DNA from: Candidatus Zixiibacteriota bacterium
GTDB taxonomy: Bacteria > Zixibacteria > MSB-5A5 > GN15 > FEB-12
Reading direction: 5' to 3'
Assembly (NCBI GenBank): GCA_029860345.1
Contig: JAOUBJ010000014.1
Span: 53,731-117,730, forward strand
DNA: 64,000 bases
The notes under the pieces are model-generated. The model was not told the DNA's origin, did no database searches, and saw only the letters and a program-made list of their open reading frames with translations. Positions 25,547 to 34,806 of the stretch are shown here, in pieces. The position numbers and the translations under genes were made by a program. Each line of letters opens with the position of its first letter. Positions within the stretch are counted from its first letter, which is position 1.

Positions 25547-25672
25547 GACCGACTGCAAACTGGATCCGCCCCACACAAGGTTTGAGCGGCCATCCGATGA
25601 AGACCAAGTAGTTTGACACGGCGCTGGGTCCTATTCGCCACAGGCGGGTAAGAGCCAGCGCTTTGTCTCTAT

Positions 25673-25780
25673 CTATAGCCAACCGCGCGCGATCAGCCAG
25701 GGAACCAACAGCCAGGCCAGCCCCTTGGCCATGAAGAACACAAAGCCCCAAACACCCAGTTTCCGAAACCAGCTTTTCAT
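25673..25780 (-). CDS. Small Trp-rich membrane peptide (35 aa), translationally coupled to the upstream ABM gene
   Basis: This ORF is below the track's size cutoff. Its ATG overlaps the stop of 25777..26097 (ATGA). The translation is MKSWFRKLGVWGFVFFMAKGLAWLLVPWLIARGWL. Confidence 0.4.
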   Translation of the reverse strand: MKSWFRKLGVWGFVFFMAKGLAWLLVPWLIARGWL

Positions 25781-26097
25781 TCGGTGATCACTTCATAGGT
25801 TCGGAATTCCGAACGCATGGGAGGTTCATCGCCGCGTGCTCTGGCCGCTTCCAGGTCGGCAAAGCCGCGTTTGTGTCCTGCTGTAAAGGCATCCGATTTG
25901 CTCCAGTCCTTGAACGCCTGTTCCGAATGCCACTCGCTAACAATGAGGTAACGCTCGTCCTGTTTGGTCGGCCGCAGAACCTTCATGCGCACGAAACCGG
26001 GCATGTGGTCGATCGCACCGGCTCGACTGGCAAACAATTGTTCGAACCTGGAGCGATACTCCGTCTGGCAGGATATGTAGTTGATAGCAACAAACAT
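25777..26097 (-). CDS. ABM-domain monooxygenase (IsdG/heme-degrading-like ferredoxin fold)
   Basis: The 106 aa ORF reads FVAINYISCQTEYRSRFEQLFASRAGAIDHMPGFVRMKVLRP..YLIVSEWHSEQAFKDW, typical of ABM proteins. Confidence 0.65.
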   Translation of the reverse strand: MFVAINYISCQTEYRSRFEQLFASRAGAIDHMPGFVRMKVLRPTKQDERYLIVSEWHSEQAFKDWSKSDAFTAGHKRGFADLEAARARGDEPPMRSEFRTYEVITE

Positions 26098-26297
26098 CCG
26101 TTTCTCCTATTCACACTTTTAGGAAATGATACGGGGAGAAGCCGGACCCTGAGACACAAATTGTGCGCTTTTTTGGGGCCTTAATGGTACTCCACCTAAA
26201 GCGAAGCGTCAGGTGGGACCTTTCAAGCACGAACCCACCCGCCCATAATTGGGCTGATGCGCAAGGCCTCAGGGCGGGGTACCGTTCGCCGCTGGAA

Positions 26298-27407
26298 TCA
26301 CTCGTCTTCCGGCCAAACCCAGTCGGCGATAAAGACGTTGGTCTCACCCCTGACCTTGTTGTCACGATTGGATGCGAAAACCAACTTTGTGCCGTCGTGG
26401 GAGAACATCGGGAAACCGTCAAAGGTCTGATTGTGTGTGACCTGCCGAATCTCCTTGGTCTCTATATCGATCAGAAACAGATCGAATCGTCGACGCGTCT
26501 CTTGATCGTGCAGGTTGGAACAGAAGATGATATGCTTGCCGTCGGGATGAAAGTACGGACCGAAATTGGCGGCGCTGTTGTCGGTAAGTCGGATCGGCTT
26601 GCGATCTGCGAGGTTCATGATGTACAAGTCGAGCTTCGACGGACGGATCAGATGTTGTTTGAGTAGTCGTTGGTAGTCGGCCATGCTCTCCCCTTCCGGT
26701 CGCGAGGCACGATAGCAAATCCATTGACCATCGAACGAGAAGAAGGCGCCACCGTCGTAGCCGGGTGCATCGGTTAGCTGCTCAACGCCGGAACCGTCGG
26801 GGTTCATGATGAAAATCTCCAAGTCGCCGGTGCGATCAGATGTAAAGACAATCCTGTCACCCTGCGGCGAGTAGACAGCTTCGGCGTCGTAGCCGGGTGC
26901 GTCGGTGAGACGGACAATATTGCCGCCATCGGGGTCGGCGCTGAAAATATCGTAGCTGTCATAGAGGGCCCAGACATATCCCTGCGACATATCGGCGTCG
27001 GGCAAACAGTCATCGGCACCGAGATGGGTCGAGCAGTAGATAATCGATTTGCCGTCGGGCGCTATGAACGAGCAGGTGGTGCGACCTTTGCCGGTGGAGA
27101 CCAGTGTCTTTTCGCTACCGTCTGAGTTCATGGTGAATATCTGATCGCATTCAAAACTGTCGACCTCTGCCTGGAAGATGATTTTGGACGCATCATAACT
27201 GAAGTACGCTTCCGCGTTTTGGCCACCAAAGGTCAATTGGCGGAGGTTCTTGATATGCCTCTCCCCTTCGAACATCGTGACAGCGCTTGTGGATTCGACG
27301 GCGGCTTTGTCGGTGGTTGTCTCCGCATCTTTTTTGGAGCACACAGTCGTTAGACTCATAGTGATCAACAGGATAGTTATTGCCAGAATGCTTTTTCGTG
27401 CGATCAT
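26298..27407 (-). CDS. TolB-like beta-propeller lipoprotein (PD40/WD40-like repeats)
   Basis: A lipoprotein-like signal (LTTVCS) is present. Repeated motifs include F/YSPDGxxIxFxS, e.g. YSPQGDRIVFTSDRTGDLEIF and FHPDGKHIIFCSN. Confidence 0.75.
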   Translation of the reverse strand: MIARKSILAITILLITMSLTTVCSKKDAETTTDKAAVESTSAVTMFEGERHIKNLRQLTFGGQNAEAYFSYDASKIIFQAEVDSFECDQIFTMNSDGSEKTLVSTGKGRTTCSFIAPDGKSIIYCSTHLGADDCLPDADMSQGYVWALYDSYDIFSADPDGGNIVRLTDAPGYDAEAVYSPQGDRIVFTSDRTGDLEIFIMNPDGSGVEQLTDAPGYDGGAFFSFDGQWICYRASRPEGESMADYQRLLKQHLIRPSKLDLYIMNLADRKPIRLTDNSAANFGPYFHPDGKHIIFCSNLHDQETRRRFDLFLIDIETKEIRQVTHNQTFDGFPMFSHDGTKLVFASNRDNKVRGETNVFIADWVWPEDE

Positions 27408-27489
27408 CGTTTCTTCCTTTCTCAGATTGTTGTTGATGATAAGTACGAAATCCTGTGCTGCGGGGAAAGTGGTTTTTGGGGGGTGGTGG

Positions 27490-27990
27490 CACGGGCGGTC
27501 TGCCGGCTGGCCGTCTCAAACCTTGTTTGTGACGGGTGGTTTAGAGTCACCCCCAAGCCAGGCTTGAGGGTGCCACCCAGTCGGATTCATGGTACTAAAC
27601 GGAACGATATTGAGTTACGACGAATTGGGTTCGTTTTGGGTACTTTCGCTTTACTCCCAACGCCCCACTTCCCGCGAATGTACAAGCCACCTATGGCGGG
27701 TTCACGCCTCGGCGCGCAGGCGATGACGGACGCGGCCTACTACAAGGTTGCGCCGCCGCGTTTTGTATGGGATTGGTAGAGTCTTTGTGGCGAATAAACC
27801 CACCCGGCGCGAAGCGCTCTGGGTGGGGTACCGAAGTGCTTGGGCGGCAACTCGCGTCCAAGCGTTGTGCCCGCTGAGTCTTCAGACTCGGTGGGCACAT
27901 GGACAGCATTCTTTCTAGCTCGGGGATTCATCTAATCCCACAGCAAGCTGTGGGGCACCCGGCGGGTTTGGAGACGGACCCGGCCTACAA
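27490..27990. repeat. Mosaic of interspersed short repeat modules
   Basis: The 46-bp module is at 27695-27740, a covarying hairpin variant at 27867-27898, and a short module variant at 27961-27988. The caaaccttgtttg and gggtgccaccc modules are shared with 58675-58760 and 25575-25600. Confidence 0.8.
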
Positions 27991-27999
27991 GATGGATCG

Positions 28000-28464
28000 C
28001 TAGTGGTCGTGGCCAGCGTGAGCCGCACCGAGAAAAGCGATCGTTTTCTCAGCGTGAGTATGGATTCCGGCAATTGTTGCTTCATCCGTCGAGCTGACAA
28101 CCATAATATCACTCGCCTGCGTGGTTACGTTATCGGCTTTAGCGCCTTTTTTCAGAAGCAAGGATAGCGATGTACAGTAGCCGCAAACCTGAATCTCTTC
28201 ACCTGCGACAACTTTACCCATGATTTCCTTCATCCGGCCCTTAGCTCGATCAAACTTCTCCTGATAGTCAGGCTTGATAGTTGAAACGGTCATGACGCCG
28301 GTGGCGGTCAGATGATGTTCCCATGTCATGTTCTCCATCAGGCCTTCTTCAGAAGAAACATTACTACAGATAGGGCAGTCTTTCATATCCACCCATGGGG
28401 CATTGTCACCAGCGAAGGTGACCGTGGCGATGAGAAGCAGGATCAGGGTTGCGGCGATTTTCAT
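28000..28464 (-). CDS. Small secreted protein with CPIC and CGYC pairs and a His-rich tail; function unknown
   Basis: The 154 aa ORF has the signal peptide MKIAATLILLLIATVTFAG, two CxxC motifs and the C-terminus HTHAEK..GAAHAGHDH. Confidence 0.55.
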   Translation of the reverse strand: MKIAATLILLLIATVTFAGDNAPWVDMKDCPICSNVSSEEGLMENMTWEHHLTATGVMTVSTIKPDYQEKFDRAKGRMKEIMGKVVAGEEIQVCGYCTSLSLLLKKGAKADNVTTQASDIMVVSSTDEATIAGIHTHAEKTIAFLGAAHAGHDH

Positions 28465-28609
28465 TTTTCAGACTCCAGCAAAATGTTTAATATGCGGACC
28501 TCAATGCACAAACGCCGATGACATCCGCATAGAGTCTAAAAGTGTATCCTCACTGTCTTTGTTCCCGATAATAACACAGAGCATATTTGATCCATGTCGA
28601 GGGACGTCA

Positions 28610-28870
28610 CTCACTGGGCCCACCAGCCCATGAATGGGTCTGATCCGCGAAGCGCTCTGGGTGGGGTACTGGAGTGATAAATCACTCTTTCGCGCTTTGC
28701 GAGCCGGTGATCTCGGCTATAGTCTTTGAGTAGGGCAGGTCTCTCTTCTTTTGGAGACCTGCCAGCAATGGCGGGTTCACGCCTCGGCGCACAGGCGAAG
28801 ACGAACCTGCCCCACAAGATTGCATCGGATGGATTCATGCTTCGACTCCGCTCAGCATGAGGTTGTGTCG
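28610..28870. repeat. Interspersed repeat modules
   Basis: A gcgaagcgctctgggtgggg module and a gtgataaatcac palindrome are present. The 46-bp module is at 28770-28815, followed by catgcttcgactccgctcagcatgaggttg. Confidence 0.8.
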
Positions 28871-29169
28871 GGACCGCTAAGGGGTACCGACCTACAGGAA
28901 GTCTGTCGAAACCCGCCTTCGGCGACCATAAATGGCATTTATGCCCTTCGGGCCAGGGGTTTCGACCTACAAAGACAAGATGGATGCCGGATCAAGTCCG
29001 GCATGACGAGATCGTAGCCGCAAAAAACCCCCTTTACATCCAAATCGGGATGTGTTATTATGGCTGGCTCTGAGGTCCCCCAAAGGCCGGAAAAAGCTCA
29101 GGCTATTGTTTTGGGAGCCAAAGGTATAGATAGAATAATGTAACCATTCAGAAAACACGGATTTAGTTA

Positions 29170-31026
29170 ATGGCCAAGTTCGACAATCCCGATGACATAA
29201 AAGTAATCGTCGCCACCGACTGCGGCTCCACCACGACCAAAGCAATCCTGATCGAATTCGTCAACGGCGAATATCGCCTCATGCATCGAGGCGAAGCACC
29301 CACCACGGTCGAAGCGCCGTTTGAAGATGTTACCATGGGCGCGCTCAACGCCGTGGCCGAAGTGGAAGAGCTCTCCGGGCGCAAGATTCTCGATGAAAAC
29401 GGCAAGTTCATCTCACCATCCAACGGCAAGACCGGTACCGATGTCTATATCTCGACTTCGTCCGCCGGTGGTGGTTTGCAAATGATGGTGGCCGGCGTGG
29501 TTCGATCTATGACCGCCGAATCTGCCGAGCGGGCAGCGCTGGGAGCCGGTGCTATCGTCATGGATGTGATCGCATCGAACGACAAGCGTCTCCCCCACCA
29601 GCAGATCGAACGTATCCGCGCGTTGCGTCCGGATATGATTCTGTTGTCAGGTGGCATTGACGGCGGCACGACCACACACGTTGTTGAAATCGCCGAGTTG
29701 ATCGCCGCCGCCGATCCGCGCCCGCGGCTGGGATCGTCGTATAAACTGCCGATCATTTATGCCGGTAATAAAGAGGCCACGGACCTGGTCAAGGAGGCGA
29801 TGGCCGACAAGGTCGATCTCAAAACGGTCGACAATCTCCGTCCTGTGCTCGAACGTGAGAACCTCGGCCCGGCGCGCGAGGAGATCCACGAACAGTTCAT
29901 GGAACATGTCATGGCCCAGGCGCCCGGCTACAAGAAGCTGATGTCGTGGACCGATGCCGATATCATGCCGACGCCGGGCGCGGTGGGGCTGATTATTCAG
30001 ACTATCGCCGAGCAGTACAATATCGAGGCGGTCGGTGTCGATATCGGCGGCGCGACCACCGATGTATTCAGCGTTTTCCGTCCTGACATGGAGACGCCGG
30101 TTTTTAACCGCACCGTGTCGGCCAATCTGGGCATGTCTTACTCTATCTCGAACGTATTCGCCGAAGCCACTCTGCCGATGGTGATGCGCTGGGTGCCGTT
30201 CAAAATGGAAGAGCGTGACCTGCGCAACCGGGTCAAGAACAAAATGATCCGACCCACGACCATTCCGCAATCGATGGAAGAGTTGATATTCGAGCAGGCC
30301 ATCGCCAAAGAAGCGCTCAGGCTGGCCTTCGTTCAGCACAAAAACTTCGCCACCGTCCTCAAGGGTGTGCAGCAGCAGCGCACAATCGCTGATGCTTTTG
30401 AGCAGTCCGGTTCCGGTAGTACCATTGTCAACATGATGAGTCTTAACATGCTGATCGGCTCCGGTGGTGTTCTGTCGCATGCTCCCAGACGTCAGCAGTC
30501 GGGTCTGATGATGATCGACGCTTTCATGCCCGAAGGAGTGACACGCCTGGCGGTCGATTCCATCTTTATGATGCCTCAACTGGGCGTCCTTACCGAGGTC
30601 CATAAGAAAGCAGCCACCGAAGTATTCATAAAAGACTGCCTTATACACCTGGGCACTTGTGTCGCACCGGCCGGTGTGACCAAGAAGCCGGGCCCGGTAA
30701 TGAAGTATACGATCGATCTGCCCGGCGGACAGGTCACCGGAACACTCGATCATCTTGAGATGAAACGGTTCGACCTCGGCCTGGACGACAATAATCAGCC
30801 GCTCGAATGCAAGGCCGTGTTTGAGCCGGAACGTCAATACGATTGCGGCGCCGGTAAGGGGCACCGTTTGGAAACCAAGCTGCACGGCGGCGTGGTCGGG
30901 GTCGTGCTCGACGGACGTGGTCGACCGTTCGATCTTTCCACTCTCACAGAAGATGAGCGCGTGTCACACCTGCGGGCCTGGATGACCGAACTCGATATTT
31001 ACCCAACCGACCGGCTTAAGGACTGA
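29170..31026 (+). CDS. GlmL/MutL-like ASKHA-fold ATPase (glutamate mutase L family-like)
   Basis: The 618 aa ORF reads VATDCGSTTTKAILI at the N-terminus, with a second phosphate-loop-like VGVDIGGATTDVFSV. This assignment is from memory of the family and is not verified. Confidence 0.5.
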   Translation: MAKFDNPDDIKVIVATDCGSTTTKAILIEFVNGEYRLMHRGEAPTTVEAPFEDVTMGALNAVAEVEELSGRKILDENGKFISPSNGKTGTDVYISTSSAGGGLQMMVAGVVRSMTAESAERAALGAGAIVMDVIASNDKRLPHQQIERIRALRPDMILLSGGIDGGTTTHVVEIAELIAAADPRPRLGSSYKLPIIYAGNKEATDLVKEAMADKVDLKTVDNLRPVLERENLGPAREEIHEQFMEHVMAQAPGYKKLMSWTDADIMPTPGAVGLIIQTIAEQYNIEAVGVDIGGATTDVFSVFRPDMETPVFNRTVSANLGMSYSISNVFAEATLPMVMRWVPFKMEERDLRNRVKNKMIRPTTIPQSMEELIFEQAIAKEALRLAFVQHKNFATVLKGVQQQRTIADAFEQSGSGSTIVNMMSLNMLIGSGGVLSHAPRRQQSGLMMIDAFMPEGVTRLAVDSIFMMPQLGVLTEVHKKAATEVFIKDCLIHLGTCVAPAGVTKKPGPVMKYTIDLPGGQVTGTLDHLEMKRFDLGLDDNNQPLECKAVFEPERQYDCGAGKGHRLETKLHGGVVGVVLDGRGRPFDLSTLTEDERVSHLRAWMTELDIYPTDRLKD

Positions 31027-31065
31027 TTGACGCCGGGCCGGTTAAGCAGGAAGTCAGGAATTGCA

Positions 31066-31860
31066 ATGAGACTTACAATTTGCAGAATCATGCTCGCGGC
31101 AGTCGCTATAATGCTGTTCTCTTCTCTGACGGTGAGTGCGAAAAACTATGTCAGCTGGGCAGGTGGATTCCACGTCGAAATCCCGGAAGACTGGGAACAG
31201 ATCGACTATCAAACGGTCGACGCCTTTCTGATATCCAATCAAGCCGGGCGCGATGTACTGAACTATGACGCGGTCTTCGCACCCTCGGCCTCGGTACCGT
31301 TCTTTGTCGGCAGCTACCTGATTGTGACCGTTGATACCGCCGGGCATCTGTCCCAGACTCAGATAGACAGTGTTTTGGCGGTGATGAGTGCAACCTTCGG
31401 ACAAAACGTAAAGTACTACCCGGTGGCCGACTTCATGTCCGACATGAGATCGAACACACCCAGTTATGACGCCGAGCAAAAACTGGCTACCGTGGTCAAC
31501 GACATCGTCCATCAAGATCAGATAACCAAGAAACTGATGCTGATGACCAAGTTCTATGAAGATGGGGTGGCAGCATTCTACTTCTACTCGCCCGACAGCT
31601 TGTTTGAGCAGAGCAAGCTCGTGGTCAGCCAGATGGTGCAGACTTTCTCGACTTCCGACCTGGAGGCAGCTGCAGGTAAAGCCGAGGTGCAAGTGGCTGA
31701 TGTGGATGTTGACAAGGATGCCGGCTCGGGGGATGATGACAGCTCCATATCAACGACAGTCTGGGTGCCGTTTATGGGCATTGTTGTCGTTCTCATCGCG
31801 ATAATCGCAGGAAAGAAGAAAAAGGCCCGAGAGAAACAGCAAGAAAGCACTTCGAAATAG
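31066..31860 (+). CDS. Secreted or membrane-anchored hypothetical protein (signal peptide, C-terminal TM, Lys-rich tail)
   Basis: I chose ATG 31066 after AGGAA over the track's TTG 31027. The N-terminus is MRLTICRIMLAAVAIMLFSSLTVSA. The C-terminal TM is VWVPFMGIVVVLIAIIAGKKKK. Confidence 0.55.
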   Translation: MRLTICRIMLAAVAIMLFSSLTVSAKNYVSWAGGFHVEIPEDWEQIDYQTVDAFLISNQAGRDVLNYDAVFAPSASVPFFVGSYLIVTVDTAGHLSQTQIDSVLAVMSATFGQNVKYYPVADFMSDMRSNTPSYDAEQKLATVVNDIVHQDQITKKLMLMTKFYEDGVAAFYFYSPDSLFEQSKLVVSQMVQTFSTSDLEAAAGKAEVQVADVDVDKDAGSGDDDSSISTTVWVPFMGIVVVLIAIIAGKKKKAREKQQESTSK

Positions 31861-31872
31861 GAATATACAGGC

Positions 31873-33000
31873 ATGGCTCACGCATACACGCCCGGATTGA
31901 AAGTTACCGAAAAGCACTTGGTCAAAAAGCAACGCATCCTCCCTCTCAAGGGTGAGGTGACGGTGAAAGTCGGCGATCAAGTGGTACCCGACGACGTGGT
32001 CGCCCGCACCCACCTGCCCGGTAACGTGGTGCCGTTGAACATCGCCAACAAGCTCGGTATCCCGCCGGAAGACATCGAGTTGGTAATGCGGAAGAAGGTT
32101 GGTGACCCGATCAACGAGGGTGAGGAGATCGCGCTCAAGAAATCGTTCATAAGATACTTCAACAGTTCAGCCACGGCAACGATAGGCGGCTCCCTGGAAT
32201 CGGTATCCAAAGTGACCGGTCAGGTATTGCAGCGCGGCCATCCCATTCCGGTCGAGGTCAAGGCTTATCTTCGCGGTGAAGTTACCGAGGTGTTTCCCAA
32301 CGAAGGAGTCGAAGTCAGTTGTTACGGCTCATTCATGCAGGGCATCTTCGGCATCGGTGGCGAGACCTACGGCGAAATCAAGATTGCGACACCGGATAAT
32401 TCCACGGTTTTGTCGGACGATCTGATCCGAGAAGATATGGCCGATAAAGTCGTGATCGGTGGCTCTCTGGTGACCGCCGATGCGCTGAAGAAGGCTATCA
32501 AGATGGGTATTCGCGGTATAGTCGTGGGTGGTTTCGATGACAAGGATTTACGCGATTTCCTGGGCTACGACATCGGTGTGGCCATCACCGGGTCGGAAGA
32601 TATCGGCATCACATTGGTGGTCAGCGAGGGATTTGGCCAGATCAGTATGGCCCAAAAAACCTTCGATCTGCTCAGGTCACACGAAGGCCAGATGGCTTGC
32701 ATGAACGGCGCTACCCAAATCCGAGCGGGCGTGATCCGGCCGGAAGTGGTTATCCCCACCGAGACTCCCTCCTCAAAGAGTGCGGCCACACAGGATTCGG
32801 AGATCCAGGGACTGGGTATCGACTCACCGGTGCGTGTTATCCGGCATCCGTATTTCGGACGCTTGGGTAAAGTGACCGACTTGCCATCACCGCTTCAGGT
32901 ACTTGAGTCTGAGTCGAAGGCTCGCATTCTCGAAGTCGAATTCGAGGATGGGCAACGGGCCATCATACCACGGGCCAATGTTGAGATGATCGAAAGCTAA
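31873..33000 (+). CDS. Hypothetical protein with N-terminal barrel-sandwich-hybrid-like segment
   Basis: The 375 aa ORF starts 12 nt after the previous gene. KGEVTVKVGDQVVPDDVVART resembles lipoyl/RnfC-type hybrid motifs. No firm family call is made. Confidence 0.45.
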   Translation: MAHAYTPGLKVTEKHLVKKQRILPLKGEVTVKVGDQVVPDDVVARTHLPGNVVPLNIANKLGIPPEDIELVMRKKVGDPINEGEEIALKKSFIRYFNSSATATIGGSLESVSKVTGQVLQRGHPIPVEVKAYLRGEVTEVFPNEGVEVSCYGSFMQGIFGIGGETYGEIKIATPDNSTVLSDDLIREDMADKVVIGGSLVTADALKKAIKMGIRGIVVGGFDDKDLRDFLGYDIGVAITGSEDIGITLVVSEGFGQISMAQKTFDLLRSHEGQMACMNGATQIRAGVIRPEVVIPTETPSSKSAATQDSEIQGLGIDSPVRVIRHPYFGRLGKVTDLPSPLQVLESESKARILEVEFEDGQRAIIPRANVEMIES

Positions 33001-33033
33001 GCGCGGACAGCGGCGCCAGCCTCAAATAACAAA

Positions 33034-33061
33034 CCTCCCGGAGTTCCGGGAGGTTTTTTTC
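33034..33061. terminator. Bidirectional rho-independent terminator
   Basis: The stem cctcccgg / ccgggagg closes an agtt loop, with T7 on the plus strand and an A-rich run on the other side. It sits between the convergent genes 31873..33000 and 33083..33289. Confidence 0.8.
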
Positions 33062-33082
33062 TGCTTATTATTCGACCTGAGA

Positions 33083-33289
33083 CTACATGGAATCGTGGCC
33101 ACCGGCCGTGGTGTCCATAGCGCCTTCATCCCAAACCGCCGAATCCATGGCCGTGGAATCGGCCATTTCAGCCTGCTTTGTATCCGCCGGTACTTTGTCG
33201 TCGCCTTCTTGCGTGTCCTTCTTGCCGCATCCGTAGATAAAGCACAGGGCCACCAATAAGGCCATCATGATTGCCAACACTTTCCTCAT
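33083..33289 (-). CDS. Small lipoprotein (68 aa)
   Basis: The N-terminus MRKVLAIMMALLVALCFIYGCGKKD carries a lipobox-like YGC. The mature part is acidic and low in complexity. Confidence 0.5.
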   Translation of the reverse strand: MRKVLAIMMALLVALCFIYGCGKKDTQEGDDKVPADTKQAEMADSTAMDSAVWDEGAMDTTAGGHDSM

Positions 33290-33663
33290 ACATCACTCCT
33301 TCTGAGTCCCGCACTTCAAAAGCTCAGAAGTGCGCCTGGACCGCACAGTCATTCCTTCGAACACACGGCCGCATTGTCATGTATCCCGGTTTTGATCCGC
33401 GGTCACTTCCTGGCATAGGCAATAACCGGCAGGTCGCACTCGAAACACGTTCTTACCCTACAGTCGTTGATAGAAGTGCATGTCCAACCCGGGGTCAAGT
33501 TTTATGATTGGAGATTTTAATATTGTTAAAGTCCCACGGTCCGATTTTATTGACAGACATGCTGGAAAGTCCGCCTTTGGCGGGCGATTCAGTGGTTTTG
33601 CCGGCTCTGTCAAACGGAACCGGTGGAGAATAAACTTTTCGAAAGGTTGAGCGTAAAACTGAT

Positions 33664-34380
33664 ATGAAAACTGTTATCTCAATTGGTTTCTTTTCCGGTT
33701 CGGTCTGGCAGATAATCGGCGAGACCTCCGCCTTTGGTATTTTCGTACTCATCTGTCTGACATTCATGTCGTTGGTGTCGTGGCTGATTATCATTAACAA
33801 ATGGCGCCAGTTTCGCGTTGTCGAAAAAGCAGGTTTGGGCTTTCTGCGCTCGTTTGATCGGTCCTCGAAGCTGGCCGATTCTATCGGGCAGGCCAAAGCT
33901 CATAGTCTTTCTCCCCTATCGAGCATTTTCATGACCGGATACAGAGAACTGGACGAACTGAGGCAAGCCAGGAATCAGGGAGGTCAGTTGCAGGCGAGCC
34001 GGCAGCCGCTGGCCACCGAAGACTTTGATGTGATTGAGATGGCTATGGAGAAGACTCTCAACGAGGAGATCGGTGTGCTCGAACAGCGAGTGATTTTTCT
34101 GGCCACCACGGCCAGCGCTGCGCCGTTTATGGGTTTGTTGGGAACGGTGGTCGGTATCATGGATTCGTTTTGGTCCATCGGCGAGATCGGCTCGGCTTCG
34201 CTTGCGGTGGTGGCGCCCGGAATTGCCGAAGCCCTTCTGGCCACTATCGTAGGATTGGGAGCGGCTATCCCGGCTGTGATTGCCTACAACTGGGCCAATA
34301 ATAGGATCAAATTCCAGAACAAGTACGCCGATAGTTTCATCCTGGCCTTCATGGTACGCGCTCGCAAGGAGGAACCCTGA
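33664..34380 (+). CDS. tolQ: MotA/TolQ/ExbB-family proton channel
   Basis: The 238 aa ORF has three TM helices and the motif FMGLLGTVVGIMDSF. It is first in a tolQ-tolR-tolA-tolB order. Confidence 0.85.
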   Translation: MKTVISIGFFSGSVWQIIGETSAFGIFVLICLTFMSLVSWLIIINKWRQFRVVEKAGLGFLRSFDRSSKLADSIGQAKAHSLSPLSSIFMTGYRELDELRQARNQGGQLQASRQPLATEDFDVIEMAMEKTLNEEIGVLEQRVIFLATTASAAPFMGLLGTVVGIMDSFWSIGEIGSASLAVVAPGIAEALLATIVGLGAAIPAVIAYNWANNRIKFQNKYADSFILAFMVRARKEEP

Positions 34381-34802
34381 TGCGACGTCGCCAACGCACC
34401 TACGGCGCGGTAGCCGAAATCAACATCGCCAATCTGGTCGATGTCGTGTTGGTGCTGTTGATAATTTTCATGATTTCGGCTCCGCTGTTGCAGTCAGGGA
34501 TTGAGATCAATTTGCCGAAAACGAAAACTGCGGCCATAGAAAAGGAAACCCAGGGTGTTGTCATTACCATCGACAGCCTCGGCGGCGTTTTCGTCAACGA
34601 CCGCTGGGCCTCACCGGGGGACCTGGAAGAAGTGGTCGAACGAGCGATGGAGGACGAAAGTACCTCCTCGGTTTTTATTCGAGGTGACTCGGCCGTTCCG
34701 TATGGAACAGCCATTGAAGTGATCGGTCGTCTCAAGGGGATGGGTATCCATTCAATCGGGTTGGTAACCGCCCATAAGGAAGCCGGTCGGCGAGGACGGT
34801 AG
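34380..34802 (+). CDS. tolR: ExbD/TolR-family protein
   Basis: The 140 aa ORF reads EINIANLVDVVLVLLIIFM, with the conserved TM Asp. Its start overlaps the tolQ stop. Confidence 0.85.
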   Translation: MRRRQRTYGAVAEINIANLVDVVLVLLIIFMISAPLLQSGIEINLPKTKTAAIEKETQGVVITIDSLGGVFVNDRWASPGDLEEVVERAMEDESTSSVFIRGDSAVPYGTAIEVIGRLKGMGIHSIGLVTAHKEAGRRGR

Positions 34803-34806
34803 CAGT

